From positions 77,096 to 141,095 of IMG/VR virus record IMGVR_UViG_3300032070_000613: a DNA stretch of 64,000 bases. One strand, 5' to 3'. The translations under genes and the position numbers were made by a program. A model generated the notes under the pieces. It was given only the letters and a program-made list of their open reading frames with translations. It did no database searches and was not told the DNA's origin. Shown in pieces: positions 50,633 through 60,331 of the stretch. Positions within the stretch are counted from its first letter, which is position 1, and each line of letters begins with the position of its first letter. This DNA is from a virus.

Positions 50633-52618
50633 ATGAGCATCTCAGTTGAATTACAGAAGAAATTGGATCAGCTGGATAGGTATGATGATGCCTACTATAA
50701 TAAAGAAGTCATCATCTCTGATGATGGCTATGATCTATTTAAGGAGAGTGTCCTCAAACAGCTCCCACCAGACCATCCTCGTCTGGATAAAATAGGGCAC
50801 GCTCCCAGTAGCGCGTGGCCTAAGGTAAAACATTTCATTTTCATGGGGTCCCAGAATAAAGTAGATACTGAGGACAAAATACGGGACTACGTGAAAAAGA
50901 GTCTCCTGGCTCTCGGGATGAAAAAAGCTCGGTACGTGCTACAGCATAAAATCGATGGATTTTCTCTCGCTATACGATATAAAAATAAAAAACTGGATAT
51001 GGCACTCACACGTGGAAAAGGCATCTACGGAGAAAACATCAAACCTAATGCCCTGCTATTCAGGAACCTCCCCAATGTCATACCAGTAGATAAAAAAGAA
51101 GTCCAGTGCCGCGGGGAAGGTGTGCTGTTTAAAGAAGATGTCCCTACTATCCAGAAAGCCAGGATCAAAGAGGGTGAAAAACCGTTTAAAAACCTCCGCA
51201 ATGCCGCTAGCGGTATCAGCAGAAAATTTGACGGGGCCCTCAGCAAATATATCCATTTTATACCCTATGATATCAATGCCACAGTAAAAACCGAGACGGA
51301 GAAAATAAAAGTCCTGAAGCAGATGGGTTTTTCGCCGGTGACTACCTATACCTGCGAAGATGTGGATGAGATCATCGCTATCTATAAAAAAATAAAGGAA
51401 AAAGAAAGAAATACCTATCCATATGAGATCGACGGTCTGGTCCTCAAATTTGATGAGATAGAGCTACAGGAAAAATTAGGGATAGAGCATCAGAAACCGG
51501 TCGGTCAGATAGCCCTGAAATTTGAGTCTGAAAAAGCTCTCACGACGATCGAAAGTATCTTGCTGCAGGTAGGACGTACTGGAGTGATCACACCGGTGGC
51601 TATTTTGGAGCCGGTAGACCTCATGGGGTCTACTATCACGAAAGCGTCCCTGCATAACATAGGACGTGTCATAGAGGATAGTATAGGAGAGGGCGCAGAA
51701 GTTACCATTTGTAAACGCGGAGATATAATCCCTCAGGTAGATGAAGTCCTCAATATAGGGGACATTTATGAAAAACCTACTAAATGTCCGTCCTGTGGGG
51801 GGCCCCTCGTAGATGATAGCGTGAATATGTGGTGTCGCAATAAAATATGCAAAGAGAGGGATATCAACCGTATCGTCTACTGGATTGAGACCCTCGACAT
51901 GAAAGGATTCTCAGGAAAATTTGTAGAGAAGCTATGGGATCTCGGTAAGCTGAGGAAAATATCCGATCTCTATAAGCTCAAAGAGGATGATTTTCTGGCT
52001 GTGGAGGGTATAGGTGAGAAAACGATTAAAAGTTTTTTCAGTATATTGGAAGAGTCCTCCGAGATATATTTAGATATTCTTATAACTGGCCTAGGGATCG
52101 AATCCTGTTCCAAGTCGACCGCGGCGGTCCTCGTAGAGAATTTTGGTACCTGGGATAAGATAGCCTCAATAAAACCTGCTGATCTAGAGCGTCTGCCGGG
52201 CTTTGCAGAGACCTCCTCCGCCACGATATGTCAGGGGATAGCTGAGGCCTCAGACATGGCTACAGAGCTCCTGAAGGTCATCAGGATCAAAAAGAAGAAG
52301 GCGGGGCCGCTGACGGGTATGTCGTTCTGTGTAACGGGATCTTTATCGTCCATGGGACGCAAGGAATTTTATGATCTCGTGGTGGAGAAAGGTGGGATAG
52401 CGAAGAATTCAGTGTCGGAGGGGCTGTCGTATCTCGTGTCGAATGAGGACCCGAACTCCGGTAAGGGTCTGAAGGCTAAGAAATACGGGGTAAAGATCAT
52501 CAACGAGGATCAGTTTTTTAAGATCCTGGGAGAGAAACCGGTGGCGAATAAATCTGAAGATAAAAGTGAAAATAAAAAAGAGAGTATCCAGATAGTGTCT
52601 GAAAACCTTTTTGAGTAA
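50633..52618 (+). CDS. ligA: NAD-dependent DNA ligase
   Basis: KIDG adenylation motif, TRGKG, RGE, RNAASG, DGLVLK, QVGRTG, GDIIP, C4 Zn finger, HhH, BRCT (FCVTGSL). Confidence 0.95.
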   Translation: MSISVELQKKLDQLDRYDDAYYNKEVIISDDGYDLFKESVLKQLPPDHPRLDKIGHAPSSAWPKVKHFIFMGSQNKVDTEDKIRDYVKKSLLALGMKKARYVLQHKIDGFSLAIRYKNKKLDMALTRGKGIYGENIKPNALLFRNLPNVIPVDKKEVQCRGEGVLFKEDVPTIQKARIKEGEKPFKNLRNAASGISRKFDGALSKYIHFIPYDINATVKTETEKIKVLKQMGFSPVTTYTCEDVDEIIAIYKKIKEKERNTYPYEIDGLVLKFDEIELQEKLGIEHQKPVGQIALKFESEKALTTIESILLQVGRTGVITPVAILEPVDLMGSTITKASLHNIGRVIEDSIGEGAEVTICKRGDIIPQVDEVLNIGDIYEKPTKCPSCGGPLVDDSVNMWCRNKICKERDINRIVYWIETLDMKGFSGKFVEKLWDLGKLRKISDLYKLKEDDFLAVEGIGEKTIKSFFSILEESSEIYLDILITGLGIESCSKSTAAVLVENFGTWDKIASIKPADLERLPGFAETSSATICQGIAEASDMATELLKVIRIKKKKAGPLTGMSFCVTGSLSSMGRKEFYDLVVEKGGIAKNSVSEGLSYLVSNEDPNSGKGLKAKKYGVKIINEDQFFKILGEKPVANKSEDKSENKKESIQIVSENLFE

Positions 52619-52635
52619 AATAGATAGGAATTTTT

Positions 52636-53538
52636 ATGCTACTAAAAGATTTAGTGATCTCTCCGTGTAATGCTAGAGACAGTAAGGCTGAGGATGATGG
52701 TATCGAGGCTCTCAAGCAATCGATAAAAGAGCATTCTTTGATCAGCAAAATTATATTGAGGCCTGGTAAGGGCAGTAAGTTTGAGATAGTGGCGGGGCAG
52801 CGTCGGTATAAAGCTCTTCTGGAGTTGTTAGGGGAGGATAAGGAGCTGCCAGAGGAGGACTATATTTTGATAAAAGATTTGGATGATGAGAAGGCGTATA
52901 TCCTCTCTATAACTGAGAATCAGATGCGTCGGGATCTCTCCCCCATGGATCTCAATAAAATTATTCTCAAGCTGAATGGTTTTGGGTACAAAGAAAAGGA
53001 AATCGCCAAGATCCTGAATGTGACGCCACACCGATTGAAGAGGCTGTCGACGCTGGCGCAGGATGAGCGTAGGATGCCGGAGGCGGCTAAAGTGGAGCTT
53101 CATAAGCCTATTGAGGAGTCAAAACTAAACGATGGTCACTGGCAAAAGATACGGGATGTCGAAAATGAGGATGTGATAAAGGATGTCGTGGATTATGTCA
53201 TTGATAAGGAGTCTCCTCCTCGGGATGTGCCTACCATCATAAAAGCTATTGAGAAGCAGTATAATGAAGAGAACCCTCCGTTGGGGGATGAGACTACTGC
53301 GAAAAAAGGTACTGAGGAGTCTGCTGAGCCCTCGGCGGATGGGCCTATTGAGTATGCTCATAAAGGTGAATTGAAGCTGGAGCTGCATGGGGATGAGCGG
53401 GTGCTCAAAGTGATGGGGAAAGGGACTGAGAATGAGTCTGAGGAGGTGCCTGTAGCGCATTATATGGAGTATCTCCAGCATCCGGAGAAATTCAGGTGTT
53501 TTGTGACTTTTAAACTCAAGGTGAAGCCTGTGGATTAA
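52636..53538 (+). CDS. ParB/Srx-like protein with HTH
   Basis: LKQSIKEHSLI...FEIVAGQRRYKA...ENQMRRDLSP; EIAKILNV. Confidence 0.8.
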   Translation: MLLKDLVISPCNARDSKAEDDGIEALKQSIKEHSLISKIILRPGKGSKFEIVAGQRRYKALLELLGEDKELPEEDYILIKDLDDEKAYILSITENQMRRDLSPMDLNKIILKLNGFGYKEKEIAKILNVTPHRLKRLSTLAQDERRMPEAAKVELHKPIEESKLNDGHWQKIRDVENEDVIKDVVDYVIDKESPPRDVPTIIKAIEKQYNEENPPLGDETTAKKGTEESAEPSADGPIEYAHKGELKLELHGDERVLKVMGKGTENESEEVPVAHYMEYLQHPEKFRCFVTFKLKVKPVD

Positions 53539-53633
53539 TGGCTGGGTTTTTATTGTGCCGTTGGTTTAATAATCTATCAATAATGCTGATAAATTATATA
53601 GACGGATCAAACCCGGCATAAGGAGTTTGTTAT

Positions 53634-54881
53634 ATGGCTGACTATCCACAATTCATGTCTGATAGTGTGACTGAATTTTCCAAGGGTCCTAAGAGTATTT
53701 ATGTACCTTCAGGGATTAGTTCTCGTAATATTATCAGTGGAGTTGTTCTTAATGTGCCTCAGACAGATGAGGATGATGAATGGGGTAGGACGGAGCGTAT
53801 TGCCTGGGAAAGTTTAATAGATAAACTGAGTGTACTTGAGCGTGAAGTCGAATCTCCGTATAATCCTATTAGTGGCCTTAATTGGAAAATGGATTCTTTA
53901 TTAACTATTATTGATTTGACCGTGCCTAGTTTGCAGATGGGCAGTATAAATATAGATGGTCTTACGAATACAATTACGGCATCAACATTAAATGTTAATA
54001 CCGGAATTTTTACTGGGGCTGTTACGGCAGTTGGAGCGACTATTACAGGTACTGTAACTTTAAGCGGTGCTTTTAACAACACAGCTATTTTAGGATCTCT
54101 TACTGTTGCAGGATCAGTCACTATTACTGGATCAACCGTTATTAACAATACCGTTACTTTTGGTAATACTATTGCTACACAAGATTTATATCCTAATTTA
54201 GGAAATACTTATAATTTAGGTGATAGCTCTGTAAAGTATAAAAATCTTTATTTATCGGGTAGCGTTAATGCTAGTGCAGGTATTTTTTCAGGGTCCATTA
54301 CGGCGGATAGTCTTACTTTAATAGGAAATATTAGCGCAGTTAATCTCATTTTATCAGGGTCTGTCACAGTGGATAGTCTCACTGTTGCAGGTACCGCTGT
54401 TACTACTATCGCAGGCAGCACGTTTCAAATTTTATCTGGTAATATCATTTTTAATAGTGGTTTTGTAGGTATTACGAACGCACTTACATGTGCTTCTAGT
54501 TCTTTAGTTACTTTTAATAGCTCCATAAATACTAAAGCTATATATCCAATATCTGGTTTTACTACTGCTGATATAGGGACTATTTCCCTGAAGTATCAAA
54601 ATCTTTATTTATCTGGTAGCGTAAATGCGGCGACTGCGACATTTACTGGTGGCATTTCAATTGGGGGTGATATAATTCCTATTTCAGCATCATGTAGTTT
54701 AGGATCTTCTGTAGCTCCTATGAACAATTTGTTTGTAAGAACTGCTATTATTCCAAATAGTAGCGATACGTGCAATTTAGGATCTTCTACAATAGGATTT
54801 AAATTTTTATATATGACAGATCAAACTACTTATGCTATAGTAAGATGTAGGGTATTGAGTGGAGCGTGGCAAATTACATAA
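53634..54881 (+). CDS. Beta-rich fibre-like virion protein
   Basis: Gly/Thr/Ser-rich, repeated YxNLYLSGSVNA and (N/S)LGSS motifs as in phage tail fibres. Confidence 0.55.
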   Translation: MADYPQFMSDSVTEFSKGPKSIYVPSGISSRNIISGVVLNVPQTDEDDEWGRTERIAWESLIDKLSVLEREVESPYNPISGLNWKMDSLLTIIDLTVPSLQMGSINIDGLTNTITASTLNVNTGIFTGAVTAVGATITGTVTLSGAFNNTAILGSLTVAGSVTITGSTVINNTVTFGNTIATQDLYPNLGNTYNLGDSSVKYKNLYLSGSVNASAGIFSGSITADSLTLIGNISAVNLILSGSVTVDSLTVAGTAVTTIAGSTFQILSGNIIFNSGFVGITNALTCASSSLVTFNSSINTKAIYPISGFTTADIGTISLKYQNLYLSGSVNAATATFTGGISIGGDIIPISASCSLGSSVAPMNNLFVRTAIIPNSSDTCNLGSSTIGFKFLYMTDQTTYAIVRCRVLSGAWQIT

Positions 54882-54904
54882 CATTATATAAAAGGTAAAT
54901 TTAG

Positions 54905-55324
54905 ATGAAAATACAAAATTCATATGTGGCGGAGGATGATTTTATTTCGGCTTTCGATGAACTTTTGAAGAAAGACATGCCCGCCAAACAGTGCCTGGAA
55001 ATGATAAAAAGCGAAGAGATCCTCATAAGCCATTTCAATAATTTAAAAAGGACTCAGAGGACTATCGTCGAAAAATATGCCAAGAAAAAAGATAATGGGG
55101 AGATAGTGCTCGACGATAAAAATAACATAGTGTTTAAAAGCAAATCCGATGAAGAAAAATGTAAAAAAGAGATAAGTGAAATACGTGAGGAGTTTATCGA
55201 AATCCCTCTGACGAATAAAGTAAAAATTTATGAAGATGATATTTTCACCGCTCGCAAACTGGTCCTTTTAAAAGAAATTGTGGATGTGATAAAAAGAGAT
55301 ACGCCGGAAGAACCAAAAAAATAA
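54905..55324 (+). CDS. Hypothetical protein (possible fibre chaperone)
   Basis: Helical, charged, IVEKYAKK.DNGE motif; follows the fibre gene. Confidence 0.45.
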   Translation: MKIQNSYVAEDDFISAFDELLKKDMPAKQCLEMIKSEEILISHFNNLKRTQRTIVEKYAKKKDNGEIVLDDKNNIVFKSKSDEEKCKKEISEIREEFIEIPLTNKVKIYEDDIFTARKLVLLKEIVDVIKRDTPEEPKK

Positions 55325-55327
55325 ATC

Positions 55328-55356
55328 TTGACTTTGTTCTGCGATCGTTATATATT
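55328..55356 (+). promoter_or_regulatory. Sigma70-type promoter
   Basis: TTGACT-17 nt-TATATT. Confidence 0.7.
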
Positions 55357-55478
55357 GATTGGTAGATAAGATTTAAAATCCGAACATGCAGGATAAAGCG
55401 CATGTACAGGCGGGCCGCTGTTTTCGAGATGCCCAAGACCGATGACCGTGACACGTCATCACTTCATAGGAGTAACCT

Positions 55479-56531
55479 ATGTCTACGCAAGACAATGCCT
55501 CTGCAATTGCCCCCAGTGTCGATGTCTCTCAGATCCAGCCCTCATCAGGAAACAGTGTCTACCTCAGCAAAGACGGCGCGATCTCGTCTATTGGCGAGCG
55601 TGTGAAAAAGGCCTCGGAGTTCACGGGTGTAACAGAGAAAGATCTTTTTGAATGTCTCAAAAAGATCGGTATCGATGACACTCCCCAGGGCCTGCAGATG
55701 TTGGATTCGGATATCGCATCCGCAGATGTCCTGGAGAAAGAGATCACAGTATTTTCTCTGATCCCTACCCTGAAACGTAAAGCCGCGGTTGCTATTCTGA
55801 AAGGAACAGACCCCTTTAAAAAAGACCCGCCTGAGAAGAAACCCTCAATGCCGGTAGTATCTGTGGAAGGAAATGCTCTGTCTGAGGTTGTAAAAGCTCT
55901 CCGTGATATCTATAAAATGAAAGATAAAGAATTATTGGAGCTTTACAATAAGGAACGAGATCAGTTGGATGTTGAACAGGAATTAGACCGTAGAGTAAAG
56001 CATCAGCCTTTTATAATTTTACGAGGCGATAAATGCGAGCTTGGTAAAGAAACGCCAGATCTAGATATTGAAGCTAGCTTGGATCAACTTCGACGAGCAC
56101 GCCGCGGCTATACTGTCCCGTCAATGGTGCCGATAGGTGAAAACAAAGTTGCACGCGTGTATCGTATTACTGAGCTCAATCCTGATGACCGCATAGTAGA
56201 GATGTGCCCTATCTGTGGAGAGATCCTCTATAAGGGATACTGTCCTAAATGTGAACTTGATTTCTCCGGTGTCGATGATGATTCGAGGGCCTATGTGAAG
56301 CTGGTGGTAAATTGCGAGAAATTCGACGTTAAGTGTCACTCTGACCGCAAAGCCGTCCATGCGAGTGCGTCAAAAAACCTGGCGAATTTGAGGACTACGT
56401 GGCCTTCAATATCTCCTACGTTTGACGACCTCAAAGCAACGAATAGCCTGCCGAAACTGCGGATGATAAAAAATATGCCCGCGGTGCAGGTAGCAGATCC
56501 GTTTCATGTGAGCGGTAATAGAAATTTCTAA
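55479..56531 (+). CDS. Hypothetical protein with Zn ribbon
   Basis: AGGAG RBS; CPICG...YCPKC. Confidence 0.65.
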   Translation: MSTQDNASAIAPSVDVSQIQPSSGNSVYLSKDGAISSIGERVKKASEFTGVTEKDLFECLKKIGIDDTPQGLQMLDSDIASADVLEKEITVFSLIPTLKRKAAVAILKGTDPFKKDPPEKKPSMPVVSVEGNALSEVVKALRDIYKMKDKELLELYNKERDQLDVEQELDRRVKHQPFIILRGDKCELGKETPDLDIEASLDQLRRARRGYTVPSMVPIGENKVARVYRITELNPDDRIVEMCPICGEILYKGYCPKCELDFSGVDDDSRAYVKLVVNCEKFDVKCHSDRKAVHASASKNLANLRTTWPSISPTFDDLKATNSLPKLRMIKNMPAVQVADPFHVSGNRNF

Positions 56532-56542
56532 TTTTAACAATA

Positions 56543-56575
56543 GGGAGCTCCTTTTTGTAGGAGCTCCTCTTTTTT
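56543..56575 (+). terminator. Intrinsic terminator
   Basis: GGAGCTCCT/AGGAGCTCC stem followed by a T-tract. Confidence 0.7.
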
Positions 56576-56589
56576 AGAAAGGATTTTTT

Positions 56590-57675
56590 ATGCGGTCAGA
56601 AACTATAATGGAACACAAAGGCTATAAAGCTCGGATCATGGAAGCGGAAAGGCTGACGGGGGATCATGTACATGGATTACCTCCGGGTACTCCTCTGCCT
56701 GCATATCCCTCAGATATGTTTCTCAATTTCCCGAAAAACTGGATAAAAAATTCTTACGTAGTACCAGTCAGACCTAACAAAGGTCTCTGGTTCGATTGGA
56801 CTTTTTGTGATGCTGCTAATACTGCGATATTACCTACAGTGAAAGGATGTAATCCTATTACGGGCATGCAGACATCTGGGTTTCATCTGGAACGATATGA
56901 TGCAAAATGTCCAAAGCACGGCTGTGATTTTATGGCAGACCGATATTGCCCAGAGTGCGATTACAGATGGCCTTTTGGCAACTACGTTGCTTCACCTAAC
57001 ACTCTCTGGTGGGACGGTTTCGCAAATGTCAAGGACGGTACCGTGCGTCAGTTCTTTTTTACAGAAGAAGAAATGCGTGACATAGCCACGCGACTCATAG
57101 GAAAAGATCAAACAGTACCTGCATTTGGTTTCGCATTTTACAGGCCTAAAGAATTACGGCAACCCCAGGTCTCTTTGTATCGAGGGATTTTTAAATCATT
57201 TCCTATAAATGATGACTCGGATATTGACTCAGATTCTACAATATATTGTGATAGCGTATTGAATGAAAATTATACTTCAGGAACTCTGAGTATTCAGAAT
57301 GCACCGGGAGATCCGACTTCCAGCGTGTATTTATGTGCTACACCCTCTGCGGGAGCGCCGGTTAAAAGCGCATGTTATGCAGCATCGACAGATCACACAG
57401 AAGTTAAGGGAGTCGCTTCGTTAAAACATCTGCAGACTAGACGGTATAGGAGTTTTTCCGATACTGTGAAGGAAGTGTCCGTCGGAGCAGGGGCAAAAAT
57501 TTCACAAAATTTAATACCAGATCCATATGGGCTGGATACCTGGTGTGATACCCCGGCAGCAGTCATGACAATTTATTTCGTGTTTCAGGAGAAACTCGAG
57601 GAGCTGATAGCCGGAGGAGTCCGCGATCTAGAGGGAAAACCAGAGGGGATGCTCGCCGGGCTGCCGGTCGGATAA
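56590..57675 (+). CDS. Uncharacterised conserved protein with inserted Zn ribbon
   Basis: LWFDW, WWDGF...GTVRQF, GAGAKISQ.L.PDPY motifs; CPKH...CPEC. Confidence 0.6.
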   Translation: MRSETIMEHKGYKARIMEAERLTGDHVHGLPPGTPLPAYPSDMFLNFPKNWIKNSYVVPVRPNKGLWFDWTFCDAANTAILPTVKGCNPITGMQTSGFHLERYDAKCPKHGCDFMADRYCPECDYRWPFGNYVASPNTLWWDGFANVKDGTVRQFFFTEEEMRDIATRLIGKDQTVPAFGFAFYRPKELRQPQVSLYRGIFKSFPINDDSDIDSDSTIYCDSVLNENYTSGTLSIQNAPGDPTSSVYLCATPSAGAPVKSACYAASTDHTEVKGVASLKHLQTRRYRSFSDTVKEVSVGAGAKISQNLIPDPYGLDTWCDTPAAVMTIYFVFQEKLEELIAGGVRDLEGKPEGMLAGLPVG

Positions 57676-57761
57676 TTTTTTTCATAATATCCTGTTTATT
57701 TTTTTGGTCCTGTGTATATTATATGCATGGGACCTTTTTTATTTTGAAAGGGGGTCCTTTT

Positions 57762-58058
57762 ATGAATGCCTTAGAAATGAATTTATGCTATGATCGTATA
57801 GAGCTGATAAATCGTGAGCAGCGCAGACAGATTGAAATACATAAGTGGATCCAGTCAGAAAAGTCGGGCTATGATCTCAAAGACGAGGCTACCCTCGAAT
57901 GGATAGAGAAATACGCACCTCTTTTCAGAAAATGGGCGGAGTCCCTACCCTATACCTGTATGCATTGCGGGGCCTGTAAAGGTCCTAATGCTGCGGGTAT
58001 GTGCCCTACTCCATTCGATCAGAAACGCATAGATTTTATTGAGAAAGATAAAAATTGA
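57762..58058 (+). CDS. Small protein, DUF4032 C-terminal-like, with Cys cluster
   Basis: IEIHKWIQSEKSGYDL...EWIEKYA; CxxCxxC...C; GAAAGGGGG RBS before ATG 57762. Confidence 0.5.
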   Translation: MNALEMNLCYDRIELINREQRRQIEIHKWIQSEKSGYDLKDEATLEWIEKYAPLFRKWAESLPYTCMHCGACKGPNAAGMCPTPFDQKRIDFIEKDKN

Positions 58059-58111
58059 TATTCTTTTAATATAAAATTTCTTTTAATATGTATTAAACGA
58101 AAGGATTGTAT

Positions 58112-58537
58112 ATGCAGAGAGTAATAGTATATCTCGGTAAAATAGCAACTGCTCTAGAGCAGAAAGGTAGGACTGACTATGCGGACTATATCAATCAGGT
58201 GTCTGCTTCTTTAGATGTAGATGCCTCGTTGGATAAATCCGCTCAGGAGCTGGTCGCCGCGGAGGAAATCTATATCCAGGAAGCGGTGGATGCATGTGAT
58301 GATGCTAATCGTGACATCACGGCAGCGACGCAGATTATAGAGGCCGCTCGGAAAAGGAAGAAGAAATGGGTGCAGAAAATAGATCTTAAAAAAGGTCGTT
58401 TTACTTCATATTGCAAAGCTCAAGGATTTAAAGGTCCTTGTCAGGCATGTGCTGAAAAAGCCCTGGCTTCCCCGGATAAGTCTGTTAGGGGTATGGCGGG
58501 ATTCTACAAAGCTACCAAAAAGTTTAAGAAGAAATAA
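58112..58537 (+). CDS. Hypothetical protein with basic C-terminus
   Basis: AAGGA RBS; KKKWVQK..KKGRFTSYC. Confidence 0.55.
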   Translation: MQRVIVYLGKIATALEQKGRTDYADYINQVSASLDVDASLDKSAQELVAAEEIYIQEAVDACDDANRDITAATQIIEAARKRKKKWVQKIDLKKGRFTSYCKAQGFKGPCQACAEKALASPDKSVRGMAGFYKATKKFKKK

Positions 58538-58632
58538 TAACAAGAATACAGGATAGGGTAGCTCCCGAAAGGAGGCTCTCCAGGCCTCTTTCCTGTACAC
58601 TCTAACTGGAGAAACGTATACTGGAGGTACGT

Positions 58633-59580
58633 ATGAAGAAGAGATCTGATTTTAACGATTTAACAGGAAAAGTTTTTGGTGATCTTACTGTAGTATCTTT
58701 GGCGTTCACAAAAAATAGAGTTTCTCACTGGAACTGTTTGTGTAAATGTGGTAGAAATAGGATAGTAAGATCTAGGTATTTAACACAGGGTATTCACACT
58801 TCTTGTGTAGTATGCTCAAAAATTAAAAATGTCGGGCATCACTATGTGGATCTGACTGGGAAACGCTTTCACCGGTTAATAGTTCAGCATATATCCCATT
58901 ATGACTTATTAAAAAGGACATACTATTGGAAATGTCTGTGCGATTGTGGTAAAGAAGTAATTATTATTGGTAATAGTTTAAAAACGAATAGAACAAAGTC
59001 GTGTGGGTGCCTTGTTTCCGAGAAAGCTAAGAATAGACTTTTTACAAATCTTATAGGAAAGCGCTTCGGTAGATTGTTTGTTATTGGTCATGATGGTATG
59101 AAAAAAACTTTTAGATATTGGGAGTGTGTTTGTGATTGTGGAAATAAGACAAAAGTAAAAGCAAGGGATTTAAGGTCAGGGCATACACAGTCTTGTGGGT
59201 GTTTAAGAAAAGAAAGATCTTCAGAAGGCTGTAGAAATAGAAGATTACCGGATAACGAAGCTGGCTTTAATAGGGTATATCGGGAATACCGTAACAAAAA
59301 TGCAGAAAGGCGAGATCTGTCGTTTGAGTTAACAAAAGAACAGTTTAGAGAATTGACTCAAAAGCCCTGTCACTATTGTGGTTTTATGCATTCAAAAAAC
59401 CAGTTAGGTTTTTTATATAATGGTTTAGATAGAGTAGACAATAAAAAAGGTTATACAATAGATAACGTAGTTCCTTGCTGCTTTACCTGTAACATATCAA
59501 AAGCTCGTATGACAGTAGAAGAATTCTTATCTTGGATAGATCGAGTGCACGTGTATCAGAGCCAAAAACAGAACAAATAG
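58633..59580 (+). CDS. HNH (homing-type) endonuclease with three N-terminal Cys-rich repeats
   Basis: Three (D/N)LxGKxFxxL.V...WxCxCxCG...SC repeats; CHYCG...NGLDRVDNKKGYTIDNVVPCCFTCN. Confidence 0.8.
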   Translation: MKKRSDFNDLTGKVFGDLTVVSLAFTKNRVSHWNCLCKCGRNRIVRSRYLTQGIHTSCVVCSKIKNVGHHYVDLTGKRFHRLIVQHISHYDLLKRTYYWKCLCDCGKEVIIIGNSLKTNRTKSCGCLVSEKAKNRLFTNLIGKRFGRLFVIGHDGMKKTFRYWECVCDCGNKTKVKARDLRSGHTQSCGCLRKERSSEGCRNRRLPDNEAGFNRVYREYRNKNAERRDLSFELTKEQFRELTQKPCHYCGFMHSKNQLGFLYNGLDRVDNKKGYTIDNVVPCCFTCNISKARMTVEEFLSWIDRVHVYQSQKQNK

Positions 59581-59585
59581 CTATT

Positions 59586-60128
59586 TCATTTGACTGACCG
59601 ACATCCATAGATACATTCTGCCTGGTTCGTCAGCTCCAATATTATATCTTTAGCTTTATTCTCTTCTTCCCACTGACTAGAAGCTACGTTGTAGAAGAAA
59701 AAATGTAGGCGATATGTTTTAATGCTCGGGCATCCTCTGCCCTGGATATAGCTCTCGACACCGACCTGTATATTGTCTTTTCCCATGGCGTCTTTAGTCC
59801 TGAATACACTATAGCTAACATTGTAGATATATATAACGTCAGTTTTCTTGCTAGGGACAACATCTACGCAGAATAGTGGGTATAGCGTGATAGGTATGAT
59901 TTTAAAAACATATGTAGAGCCTACATGATCTCTGTTATAAACAAATTGCTGCTTTTTATACATTTTGATGAGGGTGTCTATTATCGGACGAAATTTAGTT
60001 TCATCATATGTTTTCTGGGTATCGTTGGAGAGCTCAGATTTAATCGTAGTTTTAGATAGTATGGGGGCAGACTGGGCGCAGGCATTGATGGATAGCATCA
60101 ATATCATTAAAATAGCTGTTTTTAACAT
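59586..60128 (-). CDS. Secreted/lipoprotein-like hypothetical protein
   Basis: N-terminal MLKTAILMILMLSINAC; GGGGA RBS on the minus strand; the only convincing minus-strand gene. Confidence 0.6.
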   Translation of the reverse strand: MLKTAILMILMLSINACAQSAPILSKTTIKSELSNDTQKTYDETKFRPIIDTLIKMYKKQQFVYNRDHVGSTYVFKIIPITLYPLFCVDVVPSKKTDVIYIYNVSYSVFRTKDAMGKDNIQVGVESYIQGRGCPSIKTYRLHFFFYNVASSQWEEENKAKDIILELTNQAECIYGCRSVK

Positions 60129-60261
60129 AGGATCCCCCTTTCTATATCATGGATTTTCCTATAAATAGATTATCATTTTTATGCGTCAAAAAGATATTTA
60201 ATATAGATCGTCAAATTTTACTGCTAAAAATAATAATATTTTTGATAAATAAAGAAAAAAC

Positions 60262-60290
60262 TTGACATTTATTTGAAAATGTCGTATATT
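60262..60290 (+). promoter_or_regulatory. Sigma70-type promoter driving the ncRNA cluster
   Basis: TTGACA-17 nt-TATATT with an A/T-rich upstream element. Confidence 0.8.
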
Positions 60291-60295
60291 AGAGT

Positions 60296-60307
60296 AGCTC
60301 TTTGAAA
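60296..60307 (+). promoter_or_regulatory. boxA-like antitermination site
   Basis: AGCTCTTTGAAA matches rrn-type boxA (GYTCTTTRAMA) just after the predicted TSS; a second copy GTTCTTTGATAA lies at 60917-60928. Confidence 0.55.
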
Positions 60308-60331
60308 TAGTTATTTTAGTAAGCACAAGCA

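Noticed and set aside
38745-52618. Inteins, introns or stop-codon reassignment in replication genes
   Set aside because: Helicases, PolA and ligase have contiguous motifs at normal spacing, and genes are full length in the standard code.
1467-53481. Numerous 60-230 aa minus-strand ORFs (e.g. 3495..4103, 21767..22279, 31532..32227)
   Set aside because: They are antisense shadows of long + strand genes, with no RBS or recognisable motifs.
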